Assembly: GCA_051892935.1 (NCBI GenBank)
Contig: JBJFGS010000036.1
Coordinates: forward strand, 68,408 to 113,065
Length of the DNA: 44,658 bases
Direction of reading: 5' to 3'
DNA from: Candidatus Coprovivens sp.
GTDB taxonomy: Bacteria > Bacillota_I > Bacilli_A > RF39 > UBA660
Under the pieces are notes generated by a model. That model did not search any database. It saw only the letters and a program-made list of their open reading frames with translations, and had not been told where the DNA came from. Numbering within the stretch: position 1 is the first letter of the stretch; each line of letters begins with the position of its first letter. Below are positions 1-9,072 of the stretch, in pieces. The position numbers and the translations under genes are program-made.

Positions 1-485
1 CAGGAGCACTTGCAACATTATTAGAAGTATTAACTACAACATCTTTAGTACTTTCATTTTTATTTATTTCATTACTAGTAATGGAATTACTATTTACTGA
101 AGAATTAGTATTAGTTATAACTTTATTAACAGGTTCTTTATTTTCAACAGATTGCTCACTTTTTACTTGAACATTAGATATTACTACCTTATTTTCTACC
201 TTTTTATTCTCAGGAATTTGACTAACACCAGTAGTTTCCTTATTACTATTAGATGAAACAACCTTAGTTTGAGCATCCTCCACCTTAACAGGAGCACTTG
301 CAACATTATTAGAAGTATTAACTACAACATCTTTAGTACTTTCTTTTTTATTTATCTCATTACTAGTAATAGAATTATTATTTACTGAAGAATTAGTATT
401 AGTTATAACTTTATTAACAGGTTCTTTCTTTTCAACAGATTGTTCATTTTTCGCTTGAACATTAGATGTTACTACTTTATTCTCC
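1..485. repeat. Intragenic direct repeat, period 288 bp (96 aa)
   Basis: caggagcacttgcaacattattagaag at 1 and 289; about 1-197 is near-identical to about 289-485. Confidence 0.9.
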
Positions 486-2566
486 TCTATTTTATTTTCA
501 GCTGTATTAACAGTTTTCTTTTCTTCATTGTTTACAACAGACTCATTAATAATAACAACATCTTTATTACTTAGATTACTATTTTCAACATTTTTAACAT
601 CAGTATTACTATCATTTGGAATACTAGCCAAAGCACCAGCATCTATAACTGAACTAACAACAGGACTTACATTAGAAGCAACTGATTGAGATTGATTAAA
701 AGTAACAACATTACTTAACTTACTAGTTAAAGCATATTTGCAAAAAGTAGTTTTATAACTCATCTTAATATCATCAACAATAGATAAATTCTCAACTACA
801 TTAGGTATAGTATAATATTTTGCAACAATCGTTTTATTAGGATCAACATTAATAATAATATCTGAAATATCAATCAACAATTCAAAGTTAACCATTTCTT
901 TAATATACATTTCCAAAGAACCACCCTTAGTATATATATCACCAACATCAAAATAATATGGAGAATACAATACAGGTGTTCCCTCCTTTAATAAAGTAAT
1001 ACCTATCATCTTTTTAGTATCTTTAACCGTCGAAATCAAACCTTGTAAATCATTTGTAGTTACTACATACTTTTTGTTTCCCAATTCATCAACTTTATTA
1101 ACAGAAATATACATGTTAATATCTCCGCTTAAAACCATCTTTTCATTTACTACTTTCAACAAAGATAATCCTTTTACCAAAGAAGAAATAAACGATTCAA
1201 ATGTCGTAAAATCAAAAGATGCAAACAAAGAATTTTTTAATTTTTGATTTACTGGATCTTCGATTCTTTTCTTAACAATTTCATAACATTCAGTTTTTAT
1301 TTTAGACAAACCTTTAATCCCATTTATTGCTTTCATCACACTCTTTATAGGAATAGTATCAAAATTATCAAGATTTAATATAGTATCACATAATATTCTA
1401 TATTTAGGATTATTATACAAAACTAACATAGATTGTTCTGCAGCACTTAATTTATCTCTATATTGTATAGATAAACTAACAGCAATTTCATTTAATGGAG
1501 TCTTATATTTACTTATAACATCAAAGCTCGCCCCAGTAGCATATTTAATTGCTAAATCCTCATAATTACTATTTTGAACAGCTTCTCTTAAATAATCAGA
1601 AGTATATAAAGTATCAATCTTATCAAAATAAGAATATTTTCTATTAACAGCATCAATCTGCTGCGAGATAAATTCATTAGAAATAGTAGTACTCTCACTC
1701 TTACAAACACGATTAATCTTTCTAAACTTACTCATTAAATCTGTACCAAATAAAGGCTTCAATTCATCATTAAGTGTTCTCATCAATGTTAATTTTTGAT
1801 CAACAACCTTCATTTCATTACGAATATCATTTTCTTCTTTTTGAGCTTCATAATACTTTGTATTCAATTCAAGACTTAAACACAATTCCCAAATTTCTTT
1901 TAAGAAAGTCAAAGCTTCCTCATAACTAGGTCTTTGAGTAATATATAAGTTATACTTATCTTTAATAGATACTTCCATCATTTCATTAATACCACTATCA
2001 GCTATTTCAGGAAGTAATTTAAGCACTCTCTCAACTTTATTTTTATTATACTTATCAACTTCTATTTGTAAATCATAATACTTATGTCTCAAAGAATTTT
2101 TTAATTTTATTATATTCTTTAAATATTGTAACTGCCTATTCTTAATCTCATTATATAAAAGAAGCAAATCACCACATTCATAGATTACTTTCGAAACAGG
2201 ATCCATATTTACTCTCATAGCTTCCCTAGAATCAAAAGCATCTATATCAAACATTTCACCTTCAACCATAATTTTTTCATTACGTAAAAACATTACTTTA
2301 GGATTTATTGATTCGTAATTGTCAAGAATCATTCTAACATGATGTAATTTGCCATTAACTTGAACCCAATTATACATTTTTAAAAAATCTTCGAATTCAG
2401 CAGCATTATTAAATATTTTAATTCTTTCAAGTAACCCAAACTCTTCATCTACATAAGTATAACAAATACCTATAGTATCTCCATCTTGGTAAATATAAGG
2501 ATGCACTTGTATTGAGGTATATCCATATTTATTCAATAATTCCAATGCCGTATCAAAATCTAGCAT
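1..2566 (-). CDS. Large hypothetical protein (>850 aa, 3' end runs off window) with Asn/Val/Ser/Lys-rich repeat C-terminal region
   Basis: Not in ORF track. ATG at 2566 preceded by GGGAGGGTG RBS; I read an open frame MLDFDTALELLNKYGYTSIQVHPY... through to ...NTSNNVASAP at the window edge. Confidence 0.85.
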   Translation of the reverse strand, partial: MLDFDTALELLNKYGYTSIQVHPYIYQDGDTIGICYTYVDEEFGLLERIKIFNNAAEFEDFLKMYNWVQVNGKLHHVRMILDNYESINPKVMFLRNEKIMVEGEMFDIDAFDSREAMRVNMDPVSKVIYECGDLLLLYNEIKNRQLQYLKNIIKLKNSLRHKYYDLQIEVDKYNKNKVERVLKLLPEIADSGINEMMEVSIKDKYNLYITQRPSYEEALTFLKEIWELCLSLELNTKYYEAQKEENDIRNEMKVVDQKLTLMRTLNDELKPLFGTDLMSKFRKINRVCKSESTTISNEFISQQIDAVNRKYSYFDKIDTLYTSDYLREAVQNSNYEDLAIKYATGASFDVISKYKTPLNEIAVSLSIQYRDKLSAAEQSMLVLYNNPKYRILCDTILNLDNFDTIPIKSVMKAINGIKGLSKIKTECYEIVKKRIEDPVNQKLKNSLFASFDFTTFESFISSLVKGLSLLKVVNEKMVLSGDINMYISVNKVDELGNKKYVVTTNDLQGLISTVKDTKKMIGITLLKEGTPVLYSPYYFDVGDIYTKGGSLEMYIKEMVNFELLIDISDIIINVDPNKTIVAKYYTIPNVVENLSIVDDIKMSYKTTFCKYALTSKLSNVVTFNQSQSVASNVSPVVSSVIDAGALASIPNDSNTDVKNVENSNLSNKDVVIINESVVNNEEKKTVNTAENKIEENKVVTSNVQAKNEQSVEKKEPVNKVITNTNSSVNNNSITSNEINKKESTKDVVVNTSNNVASAPVKVEDAQTKVVSSNSNKETTGVSQIPENKKVENKVVISNVQVKSEQSVENKEPVNKVITNTNSSVNSNSITSNEINKNESTKDVVVNTSNNVASAP

Positions 2567-2682
2567 AATACACCCTCCCTATTATCAAAAATATTATATC
2601 ACATAAAATAATATAAAAACATATTTTATTGATAAAAATATTACCATTGTTGTATAATTAAACTACAGAAAAGAGGTCTAAA

Positions 2683-3327
2683 ATGGAAATAAAAATAAAA
2701 TCATATTCTTCTCAATCTTCACTATTAAGTTCAATTCTATTTTTTATTCTAGGAGCAATCTTATTTACTAGTGCAGATAAAGTTATCTCAACAATATCAA
2801 TAATAATAGGAATAATACTTGCAACAAGCAGCGTTATTTCATTTGTAGTTTATTTCGTACAACCAAAAGAATTTGCATCTAAAAGTTTATTAGTATTAGG
2901 AATAATAACATTATTACTTTCAATAATATTCATATTCTTCTCTAATATAGTAGAACAATTTATTAGATTTATAGTAGGTGCATGGATATTATTTACTGGT
3001 ATAATCAGATTAATAAATGTTCTTTCAATGAAAAAAACTAATAATAAATTTATATCATTATTAATAGTATCCATATTACTAATAATGGTAGGAGTTTATA
3101 CAATTCTAATTGGTGATGTTATATTATCAACTATTGGTATAATAATGATGATATACGCAGCTATCGAAATAATAGGATACATCCTATATAGCAAAGATAC
3201 AATTGAGTCAGAAGAACCTGGTGCAACTACTCTTATAATTCCTGAAGAAAATGAAGAAAAACAAAATAATAAAAGCAACACGAAAATAAAAGATGTTAAA
3301 GAAAAAAAAAGTAAAACAAAAAAATAG
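2683..3327 (+). CDS. HdeD/DUF308-family membrane protein
   Basis: Six hydrophobic segments with the repeated G-I-I..G / GAWILFTGII pattern; charged C-terminal tail. Confidence 0.7.
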   Translation: MEIKIKSYSSQSSLLSSILFFILGAILFTSADKVISTISIIIGIILATSSVISFVVYFVQPKEFASKSLLVLGIITLLLSIIFIFFSNIVEQFIRFIVGAWILFTGIIRLINVLSMKKTNNKFISLLIVSILLIMVGVYTILIGDVILSTIGIIMMIYAAIEIIGYILYSKDTIESEEPGATTLIIPEENEEKQNNKSNTKIKDVKEKKSKTKK

Positions 3328-3352
3328 TAGTTTTTCAAATAACTACTATTTT
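3321..3352. terminator. Bidirectional intrinsic terminator
   Basis: aaaatagtagtt-N8-aactactatttt between convergent genes. Confidence 0.75.
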
Positions 3353-3942
3353 TTAATCCATTGATAATCTTCCATTAAATTTTTCTTATAATATCCTGAA
3401 CTATCAATCATATTATTAACATCTTTTTGAGCTTGTTCAATAACTCCCCTATAAGAATTTAAATTTAATACCTCTCCATTTTTAGTCTTACATTCACCAA
3501 AAGTATCTAAAACATTATCTCCCAGTTCACAATTATACTCTTTATTCTTATATCCAGCAAAAGCCTCAGAAGTAGTTGAAAAAGAAATAGAGTTTTCTTT
3601 TTGCAAAGAATGACTCATAATCAAAAAATAACTATCAGTTTTAACTAAATATTCAAAACCATCATCATATCTAGTAAAAACATATGAAGTTCCATTATTC
3701 TCTTTACGACATTTTCCACCTGATTTATGGATCATGTCACAAACGAAACCTCTTTCATATAAGTATTGTTTTAGATAAGCATAATTAACATTAGATTCCG
3801 TATTAGAAGACTGAGAAGTAACAAGAACAAAAATCAAAACAACAGCAACAATAGCAACTAAAACATAAATTATTTTCTCATATAGCTCAAGTCGTCTAGC
3901 TCTACCATAAAAAACACTAACCTTATTATTCTTATCACTCAT
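3346..3942 (-). CDS. Hypothetical membrane-anchored extracellular protein
   Basis: Single N-terminal TM helix then a polar Cys-containing domain; AGGAG RBS. Confidence 0.7.
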   Translation of the reverse strand: MSDKNNKVSVFYGRARRLELYEKIIYVLVAIVAVVLIFVLVTSQSSNTESNVNYAYLKQYLYERGFVCDMIHKSGGKCRKENNGTSYVFTRYDDGFEYLVKTDSYFLIMSHSLQKENSISFSTTSEAFAGYKNKEYNCELGDNVLDTFGECKTKNGEVLNLNSYRGVIEQAQKDVNNMIDSSGYYKKNLMEDYQWIKK

Positions 3943-4023
3943 AAAGCCATCTCCTATTTATTCTATTATCAATATAATACCACAAATTATCTAATTAAAA
4001 AAAGAGTATTTACATACTCATTA

Positions 4024-4704
4024 TTAAATCTTAATATCTTCATTGATAAATATATCATCCATCAACAATTCATGAATTTCTTCTTCTTCATTATTTAAAT
4101 ATACTTCTTCTATTCTATCTACACGACACTTTTCAGATAATAATATAGCACTCATTTTCAAAACTGCAGATTCAACATCATCATTTGTAACTACATAATT
4201 ATACTTAGTTACATTATTGATCTCTTGATATGCAGTTTTAAAACGACTTAAAACTTTCTCTTTACTTTCAGTACCACGACCAACCAAACGTTTTTTTAAT
4301 TCTTTCATACTAGGTGGCATTATAAAAATACAAATAGCTTCTGGAACTATTTCTTTTACTTTCAAAGCCCCCTGTACTTCAATTTCTAATATTACATCTA
4401 TACCTCTTGTTAATTTTTCTTCAATATGTTCTTTAGGAGTTCCATAGTAATTACCATTATATTCAGCATATTCCAAAAATTCATCTTTTTTTATTTTTTC
4501 TTCAAATTCCTCCCTACTAATAAAGAAATATGATTCATTAGGAATATCTCCAGGCCTAGGTTCCCTTGATGTACATGATATACTTAACCAAGCTTCATTA
4601 TAACTTTTTAAAAATTCTTGAATAACAGTACCTTTTCCACATCCAGATGGACCACTAACAACTATTAAAGAACCACGCTCTCTTTGTTTAATAATTTTAC
4701 TCAT
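4024..4704 (-). CDS. gmk: Guanylate kinase
   Basis: SGPSGCGKGT P-loop, SCTSREPRPG, YYGTP and LEIEVQGA motifs. Confidence 0.97.
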   Translation of the reverse strand: MSKIIKQRERGSLIVVSGPSGCGKGTVIQEFLKSYNEAWLSISCTSREPRPGDIPNESYFFISREEFEEKIKKDEFLEYAEYNGNYYGTPKEHIEEKLTRGIDVILEIEVQGALKVKEIVPEAICIFIMPPSMKELKKRLVGRGTESKEKVLSRFKTAYQEINNVTKYNYVVTNDDVESAVLKMSAILLSEKCRVDRIEEVYLNNEEEEIHELLMDDIFINEDIKI

Positions 4705-4781
4705 AGCAAACCTCTTTTCATATATTAAACGTATTATAATACATTTTTTAAATAATACTAGCTAAAATTGCTTATAACAGT

Positions 4782-5165
4782 CTATTTATTAAAATTATAA
4801 TTCCATAATCCAAGTTGACCATTAACTTCTTCAGATATATCTAACTTAGTAACTTTTCCTAATTTCCATGCATAGCCTTCTCTATCTTTAGATCCATAGA
4901 CATTATTATCTAAAGACTTTATTTTTTTGTTAAAATCATCATCTATTTCAATACAATCTTCTAATACGACCTTACATAGTATTTTCTTTTTAGGAAATTC
5001 TATTCCATAGTCTTTAACTTTCTCTAAATATTCTTTATCAACTCCACAGCCCGCATGAATTAATATTTCACCTCTATAATTAGTTTTCCAACTACGAAAT
5101 TCATATACTTTATAACCATTTGCAACTAAACTAGCCCATGGTTGTTTAAGAGTTAATACTTTCAT
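4782..5165 (-). CDS. ASCH domain protein
   Basis: LTLKQPWASLV..G.K.YEFRSW.T.YRG.ILIHAG and C-terminal GQLGLW. Confidence 0.9.
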   Translation of the reverse strand: MKVLTLKQPWASLVANGYKVYEFRSWKTNYRGEILIHAGCGVDKEYLEKVKDYGIEFPKKKILCKVVLEDCIEIDDDFNKKIKSLDNNVYGSKDREGYAWKLGKVTKLDISEEVNGQLGLWNYNFNK

Positions 5166-5657
5166 TTAATCCTCCACTATATCCATAAAATCAATAGGAA
5201 TAACATTACCAACATCATTTGGATTAACTTCTATGAAATATCCTATTTTTCCACCACTAAAAATTATTTTATCATACAAAAGAGCTGTTTCATCTATTAT
5301 AGTTTTAAAAACTTTTTTCATTCCAATAGGACTACATCCACCATGTACATAACCAGTAATCTTAAGTAAATCTTTCATTGGAAGCATTTCAATATTTTTT
5401 TCACCAACAGATGCAGCAGCTTTTCTTAAAGATAGTTTTTTAGATACAGGTACAACAAAAACATAATATTCCCTACTCTTACTAATAGTAACTAAAGTTT
5501 TAAAAGTACTATCAATATTTGCCCCTAGCATATTAGCACAAGCAACACCATCTAAAGCTTCTTTAATATTTAAAGTTAATTCTTTATAATTAATGCCACA
5601 AACATCAAGTTTTCTCATCGCATTAGTTTTTACATCTTTAGCCATAAACAACCTCAC
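5166..5657 (-). CDS. ybaK: Cys-tRNA(Pro) deacylase YbaK/EbsC
   Basis: KTNAMRKLD, FKTLV and TGYVHGGCSPIGMKK motifs; start may be the second Met. Confidence 0.93.
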   Translation of the reverse strand: MRLFMAKDVKTNAMRKLDVCGINYKELTLNIKEALDGVACANMLGANIDSTFKTLVTISKSREYYVFVVPVSKKLSLRKAAASVGEKNIEMLPMKDLLKITGYVHGGCSPIGMKKVFKTIIDETALLYDKIIFSGGKIGYFIEVNPNDVGNVIPIDFMDIVED

Positions 5658-5755
5658 TATTTAAAATTAACATTACAACAATTTTAAACCAAAATTATCT
5701 TCATAACAATAAAAAAACCTCTAAGTTTACTTAAAATAAACTATAAAGGATTCAT

Positions 5756-5965
5756 TTATATATCTTTAATTGATACAACATTCTTAGCTTTATACCCATC
5801 ACTTGTTTTGACTAAATCATATTCAACAAACTCGCCTCTAATTAAAGATTTATGAGTATTATCATCAATAATTGCTGAATAATGAACAAATACATCAACA
5901 TTATCCTTATATTCAATAAAACCAAAACCTTTCCGATCATTAAACCATTTAACTACGCTTCTCAC
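5756..5965 (-). CDS. Cold-shock domain protein
   Basis: VKWFNDRKGFGFI (RNP1) and DVFVHYSAI (RNP2); start reassigned to GTG at 5965 behind AGGAGG. Confidence 0.93.
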   Translation of the reverse strand: MRSVVKWFNDRKGFGFIEYKDNVDVFVHYSAIIDDNTHKSLIRGEFVEYDLVKTSDGYKAKNVVSIKDI

Positions 5966-6049
5966 TTTAATCCTCCTAAACATATACTTTTTAGTTACAA
6001 CTTCTAACTACTTATATATACTAACAAAAATAAAAGAAAAAAACGTGTA

Positions 6050-6115
6050 AAATTTATGTATGATAAATGTATGAAAAATTTATAGAAAATGCATGATAAA
6101 TGTATAAAAACATTA
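6050..6115. repeat. Imperfect 11-bp tandem array
   Basis: Units tgataaatgta (6061), tgaaaaattta, tagaaaatgca, tgataaatgta (6094), taaaaacatta, plus a weaker unit at 6050. Confidence 0.7.
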
Positions 6116-6136
6116 CAAATTAAAATATAGCAAATA

Positions 6137-6442
6137 TCATTTGCTATATTTACTATCCTGTTCTTCTTCCCATTTAGAGCGTTTTCTTTTTGGCAAAATA
6201 ACACTATTTTTTTGTGTTTCATCATATAATACCTTCAACTCTTTAATATACTTATTAACTGTATCAACAGAAATATTAAACTCATGAGCCTGACGTGCAA
6301 TATCCCAACTTGCAAATCGTGTACGTAAAATTCCCTCTAATATTCTCGCTTTTTCATCTCCAAGTTCAATTCTATCATTTAATCCACTTTCTTCTAAAAA
6401 AGTTTCTAAAATAATTTTAGTCCAAGGTACTTGATGAGCCAT
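6137..6442 (-). CDS. Small HTH DNA-binding protein (sigma region 4/LuxR-like)
   Basis: WDIARQAHEFNISVDTVNKYIKELK fits a helix-turn-helix pattern. Confidence 0.65.
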   Translation of the reverse strand: MAHQVPWTKIILETFLEESGLNDRIELGDEKARILEGILRTRFASWDIARQAHEFNISVDTVNKYIKELKVLYDETQKNSVILPKRKRSKWEEEQDSKYSK

Positions 6443-6562
6443 AAAAACACTTCCAATCTTAATTAATAATATACCATTATTTTTTACAATTTTGATACAA
6501 AAAAATCAATTTTTTTATCAAAATTATTTATAGCACAATAAAAAAATCATATATTTTATTAT

Positions 6563-6591
6563 AAAAAAAGATAATAGCAACGCTATTATCT
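6563..6591 (-). terminator. htpG terminator
   Basis: agataatagc-aac-gctattatct hairpin with U-tract on the minus strand. Confidence 0.8.
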
Positions 6592-8476
6592 ATTTACTCA
6601 TCATATCACAAATTAAATTAGTCAATTCAGTAGGATTATCAATACTTAATCCTTCAATCAATCTTGCTTGATTATAAAGTATCTTCGTATAATCTGCTAG
6701 TTTATCTCTATCATTATCATATAAATCCTTAAGTTTATTGGCAATAGGATGATTTTCATTTATTTCAAGAACTATATCTGCTTTTATATCTTCTGAAGAT
6801 GGCATTGATTTTAAAATCTTTTCCATCTCTAAAGATATATTTCCCTCAGTACTTAGACATACAGGATGGTTCTTAAGTTTATTTGTGTATTTAATATCTT
6901 TTATTTCAGGCAAAGCCTCTTTCATAGCACTAAACATTTCTTTAGCATCTTCATTACGTTTATTCAAAGCTTCTTTTTCTTCAGGAGTATCTAGAGTAAC
7001 ATCTTCAGATGCTACATTAGCAAATTTCTTACCTTCATAATCCATTAAAGCTTGAATAGTAAATTCATCGACATAATCAACTAAATACAATACCTCGTAA
7101 TCATTTTCCTTAAATCTCTCTACATTAGGTAGTAAATCAATTTTATCCAAACTTTCTCCAGAGGCATAATAAATCTTTTCTTGACCTTCTTTCATATTTT
7201 CAACATATTCTTTTAAAGTAATACGTTTCTTTTCTTTACTACTATAAAATAGCAATAAATCTTTTAAAGCATCCTTATTCATACCATAAGAACTATATAT
7301 TCCATATTTCAATTGCATTCCAAAAGCTTCAAAGAACTTTTCGTAATTAATTCTATCCTCATTAAGCATTTCTTCTAAAGTGCTTTTTATTTTCTTTTCC
7401 AAGCTTTTGGCAATTAACTTCAATTGTCTATCTTGTTGTAACATCTCTCTAGATAGATTTAACGAAATATCTTCACTATCAACTAAACCTTTAACGAAGC
7501 TAAAATAATCAGGTAATAAGTCACTACATTTATCCATAATTAATACACCATTAGAATATAATTGTAACCCTTTTTCATATTCTTTTGTGTAATAATCATA
7601 AGGTGCATGTGAAGGAATAAACATTAATGTATTATAAGAAACTTGACCTTCTACACTACTATGTATAACCTTAGAAGGAGCATCAAAATCATAGAACTTA
7701 TCAGCATAGAAAGAATTATACTCCTCTTGTGTAACTTCATCAGCATTCTTCTTCCATATTGGAATCATACTATTTAAAGTTTTATCCTCCAAAACCTTCT
7801 CAGTATCATTTTCATCTTCAGCATCATCTTTTAATTTTTCTTCTTCTTTTTTCATTACAATAGGATATTTTACATAATCTGAATATTTTTTAATAATACC
7901 TTCTATTCTTCTTTCTTCTAAATATTCATCATAATTATCATTATCAGTATTATCCTTAAGCACTAAAGTAATCTCAGTACCAACACTTTCCTTAGTAGTT
8001 TTAGTAATTTCATATCCATCAGCTCCATCACTAACCCATAAATATGCATCTTCACTACCATAAGCCTTACTCAATACTCTAATTTCCTTAGCAACCATAA
8101 AAGCAGAATAAAAACCTACTCCAAATTGACCTATAATATTTATATCTTTTTGCTTTTCATTCATTTCTTTAAACAAAGAAGATCCACTCTTAGCAATAAT
8201 ACCAAGATTCTCATCTAATTCCTGTTCAGTCATACCTATTCCATTATCAGTAATAGTAATAGTTCTATCCAACTTGTCTAAATCAATTCTAATACAAAAA
8301 TCATCTTTATCAACTTCAACTTTATCATCAGTTAATGATTTATAATACAATTTATCAATCGCATCACTAGCATTAGAAACTAATTCCCTTAAAAATATAT
8401 CTTTATTTGTATAAACTGAATTAATCATTAAATCTAATATTTTTTTAGATTCTGTTTTAAATTGTTTTTTCTTCAT
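6590..8476 (-). CDS. htpG: Chaperone HtpG (Hsp90)
   Basis: FLRELVSNASDA, DNGIGM and IGQFGVGFYSAF motifs; 628 aa. Confidence 0.98.
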   Translation of the reverse strand: MKKKQFKTESKKILDLMINSVYTNKDIFLRELVSNASDAIDKLYYKSLTDDKVEVDKDDFCIRIDLDKLDRTITITDNGIGMTEQELDENLGIIAKSGSSLFKEMNEKQKDINIIGQFGVGFYSAFMVAKEIRVLSKAYGSEDAYLWVSDGADGYEITKTTKESVGTEITLVLKDNTDNDNYDEYLEERRIEGIIKKYSDYVKYPIVMKKEEEKLKDDAEDENDTEKVLEDKTLNSMIPIWKKNADEVTQEEYNSFYADKFYDFDAPSKVIHSSVEGQVSYNTLMFIPSHAPYDYYTKEYEKGLQLYSNGVLIMDKCSDLLPDYFSFVKGLVDSEDISLNLSREMLQQDRQLKLIAKSLEKKIKSTLEEMLNEDRINYEKFFEAFGMQLKYGIYSSYGMNKDALKDLLLFYSSKEKKRITLKEYVENMKEGQEKIYYASGESLDKIDLLPNVERFKENDYEVLYLVDYVDEFTIQALMDYEGKKFANVASEDVTLDTPEEKEALNKRNEDAKEMFSAMKEALPEIKDIKYTNKLKNHPVCLSTEGNISLEMEKILKSMPSSEDIKADIVLEINENHPIANKLKDLYDNDRDKLADYTKILYNQARLIEGLSIDNPTELTNLICDMMSK

Positions 8477-8512
8477 CTATCTCATCTTTCTTTCTTTTTT
8501 TAATACATTTCA

Positions 8513-8556
8513 AGCATAGCACTAATTCATTAGCACTGTCAACACATAAGTGCCAA
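8513..8556 (-). promoter_or_regulatory. CIRCE (HrcA operator) overlapping the sigmaA promoter of htpG
   Basis: TTAGCACTG-N9-AAGTGCCAA at 8530-8556 versus consensus TTAGCACTC-N9-GAGTGCTAA; minus-strand TTGACA (8542-8537) and extended -10 TGcTATGCT. Confidence 0.8.
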
Positions 8557-8586
8557 TTTTTAATTATTCTTAATAACTAGCATAAT

Positions 8587-8615
8587 TTGACATTTAATCT
8601 ATCTTTTTATATAAT
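8587..8615 (+). promoter_or_regulatory. Consensus sigmaA promoter
   Basis: TTGACA-17 nt-TATAAT upstream of the gene at 8640. Confidence 0.8.
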
Positions 8616-8639
8616 TTCAACTTGTAAGGAGGGCAAAAC

Positions 8640-9038
8640 ATGACATATGAAGAATTATTACAATTAACTAATATAGAAGTTTTTATAACATCAGATTATA
8701 AATCATTTGTTTTTACAGTAGAAACATATGATGAAGAACTTGATGATACAAATATAAAATATTATAAAGTAACAAAAAGAGAAAATGGATGCCCTACAAT
8801 TGAAAAATTAAACAATACAATCGAATTAATCCTAAGTAATAAAATAATATCACCAAATACACCATATTCACTTCAACCACAACTTATAAAACTAGATAAA
8901 AACAAAGACCAAACAGCAATAAGAGAATTTATTCAACTAATTACAAGAATAGAAAAAGGTGGGTTAAATCATAAAAAAAATACTCCAAATTTTTTAACAC
9001 CACACCATACAGAAATGAAATTATTAAAAGCAAAATAA
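8640..9038 (+). CDS. Hypothetical protein
   Basis: AAGGAGG RBS, own promoter and terminator; no family recognised. Confidence 0.75.
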   Translation: MTYEELLQLTNIEVFITSDYKSFVFTVETYDEELDDTNIKYYKVTKRENGCPTIEKLNNTIELILSNKIISPNTPYSLQPQLIKLDKNKDQTAIREFIQLITRIEKGGLNHKKNTPNFLTPHHTEMKLLKAK

Positions 9039-9072
9039 AAGACCAAATAATAACTTAATTATTTGGTCTTTT
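9037..9072. terminator. Bidirectional terminator
   Basis: aaaagaccaaataat-N6-attatttggtctttt. Confidence 0.8.

Noticed and set aside
6050-6115. 11-bp repeats as a CRISPR array
   Set aside because: Units are contiguous with no spacers, too short, and no cas genes are present; I saw no CRISPR array in the window.
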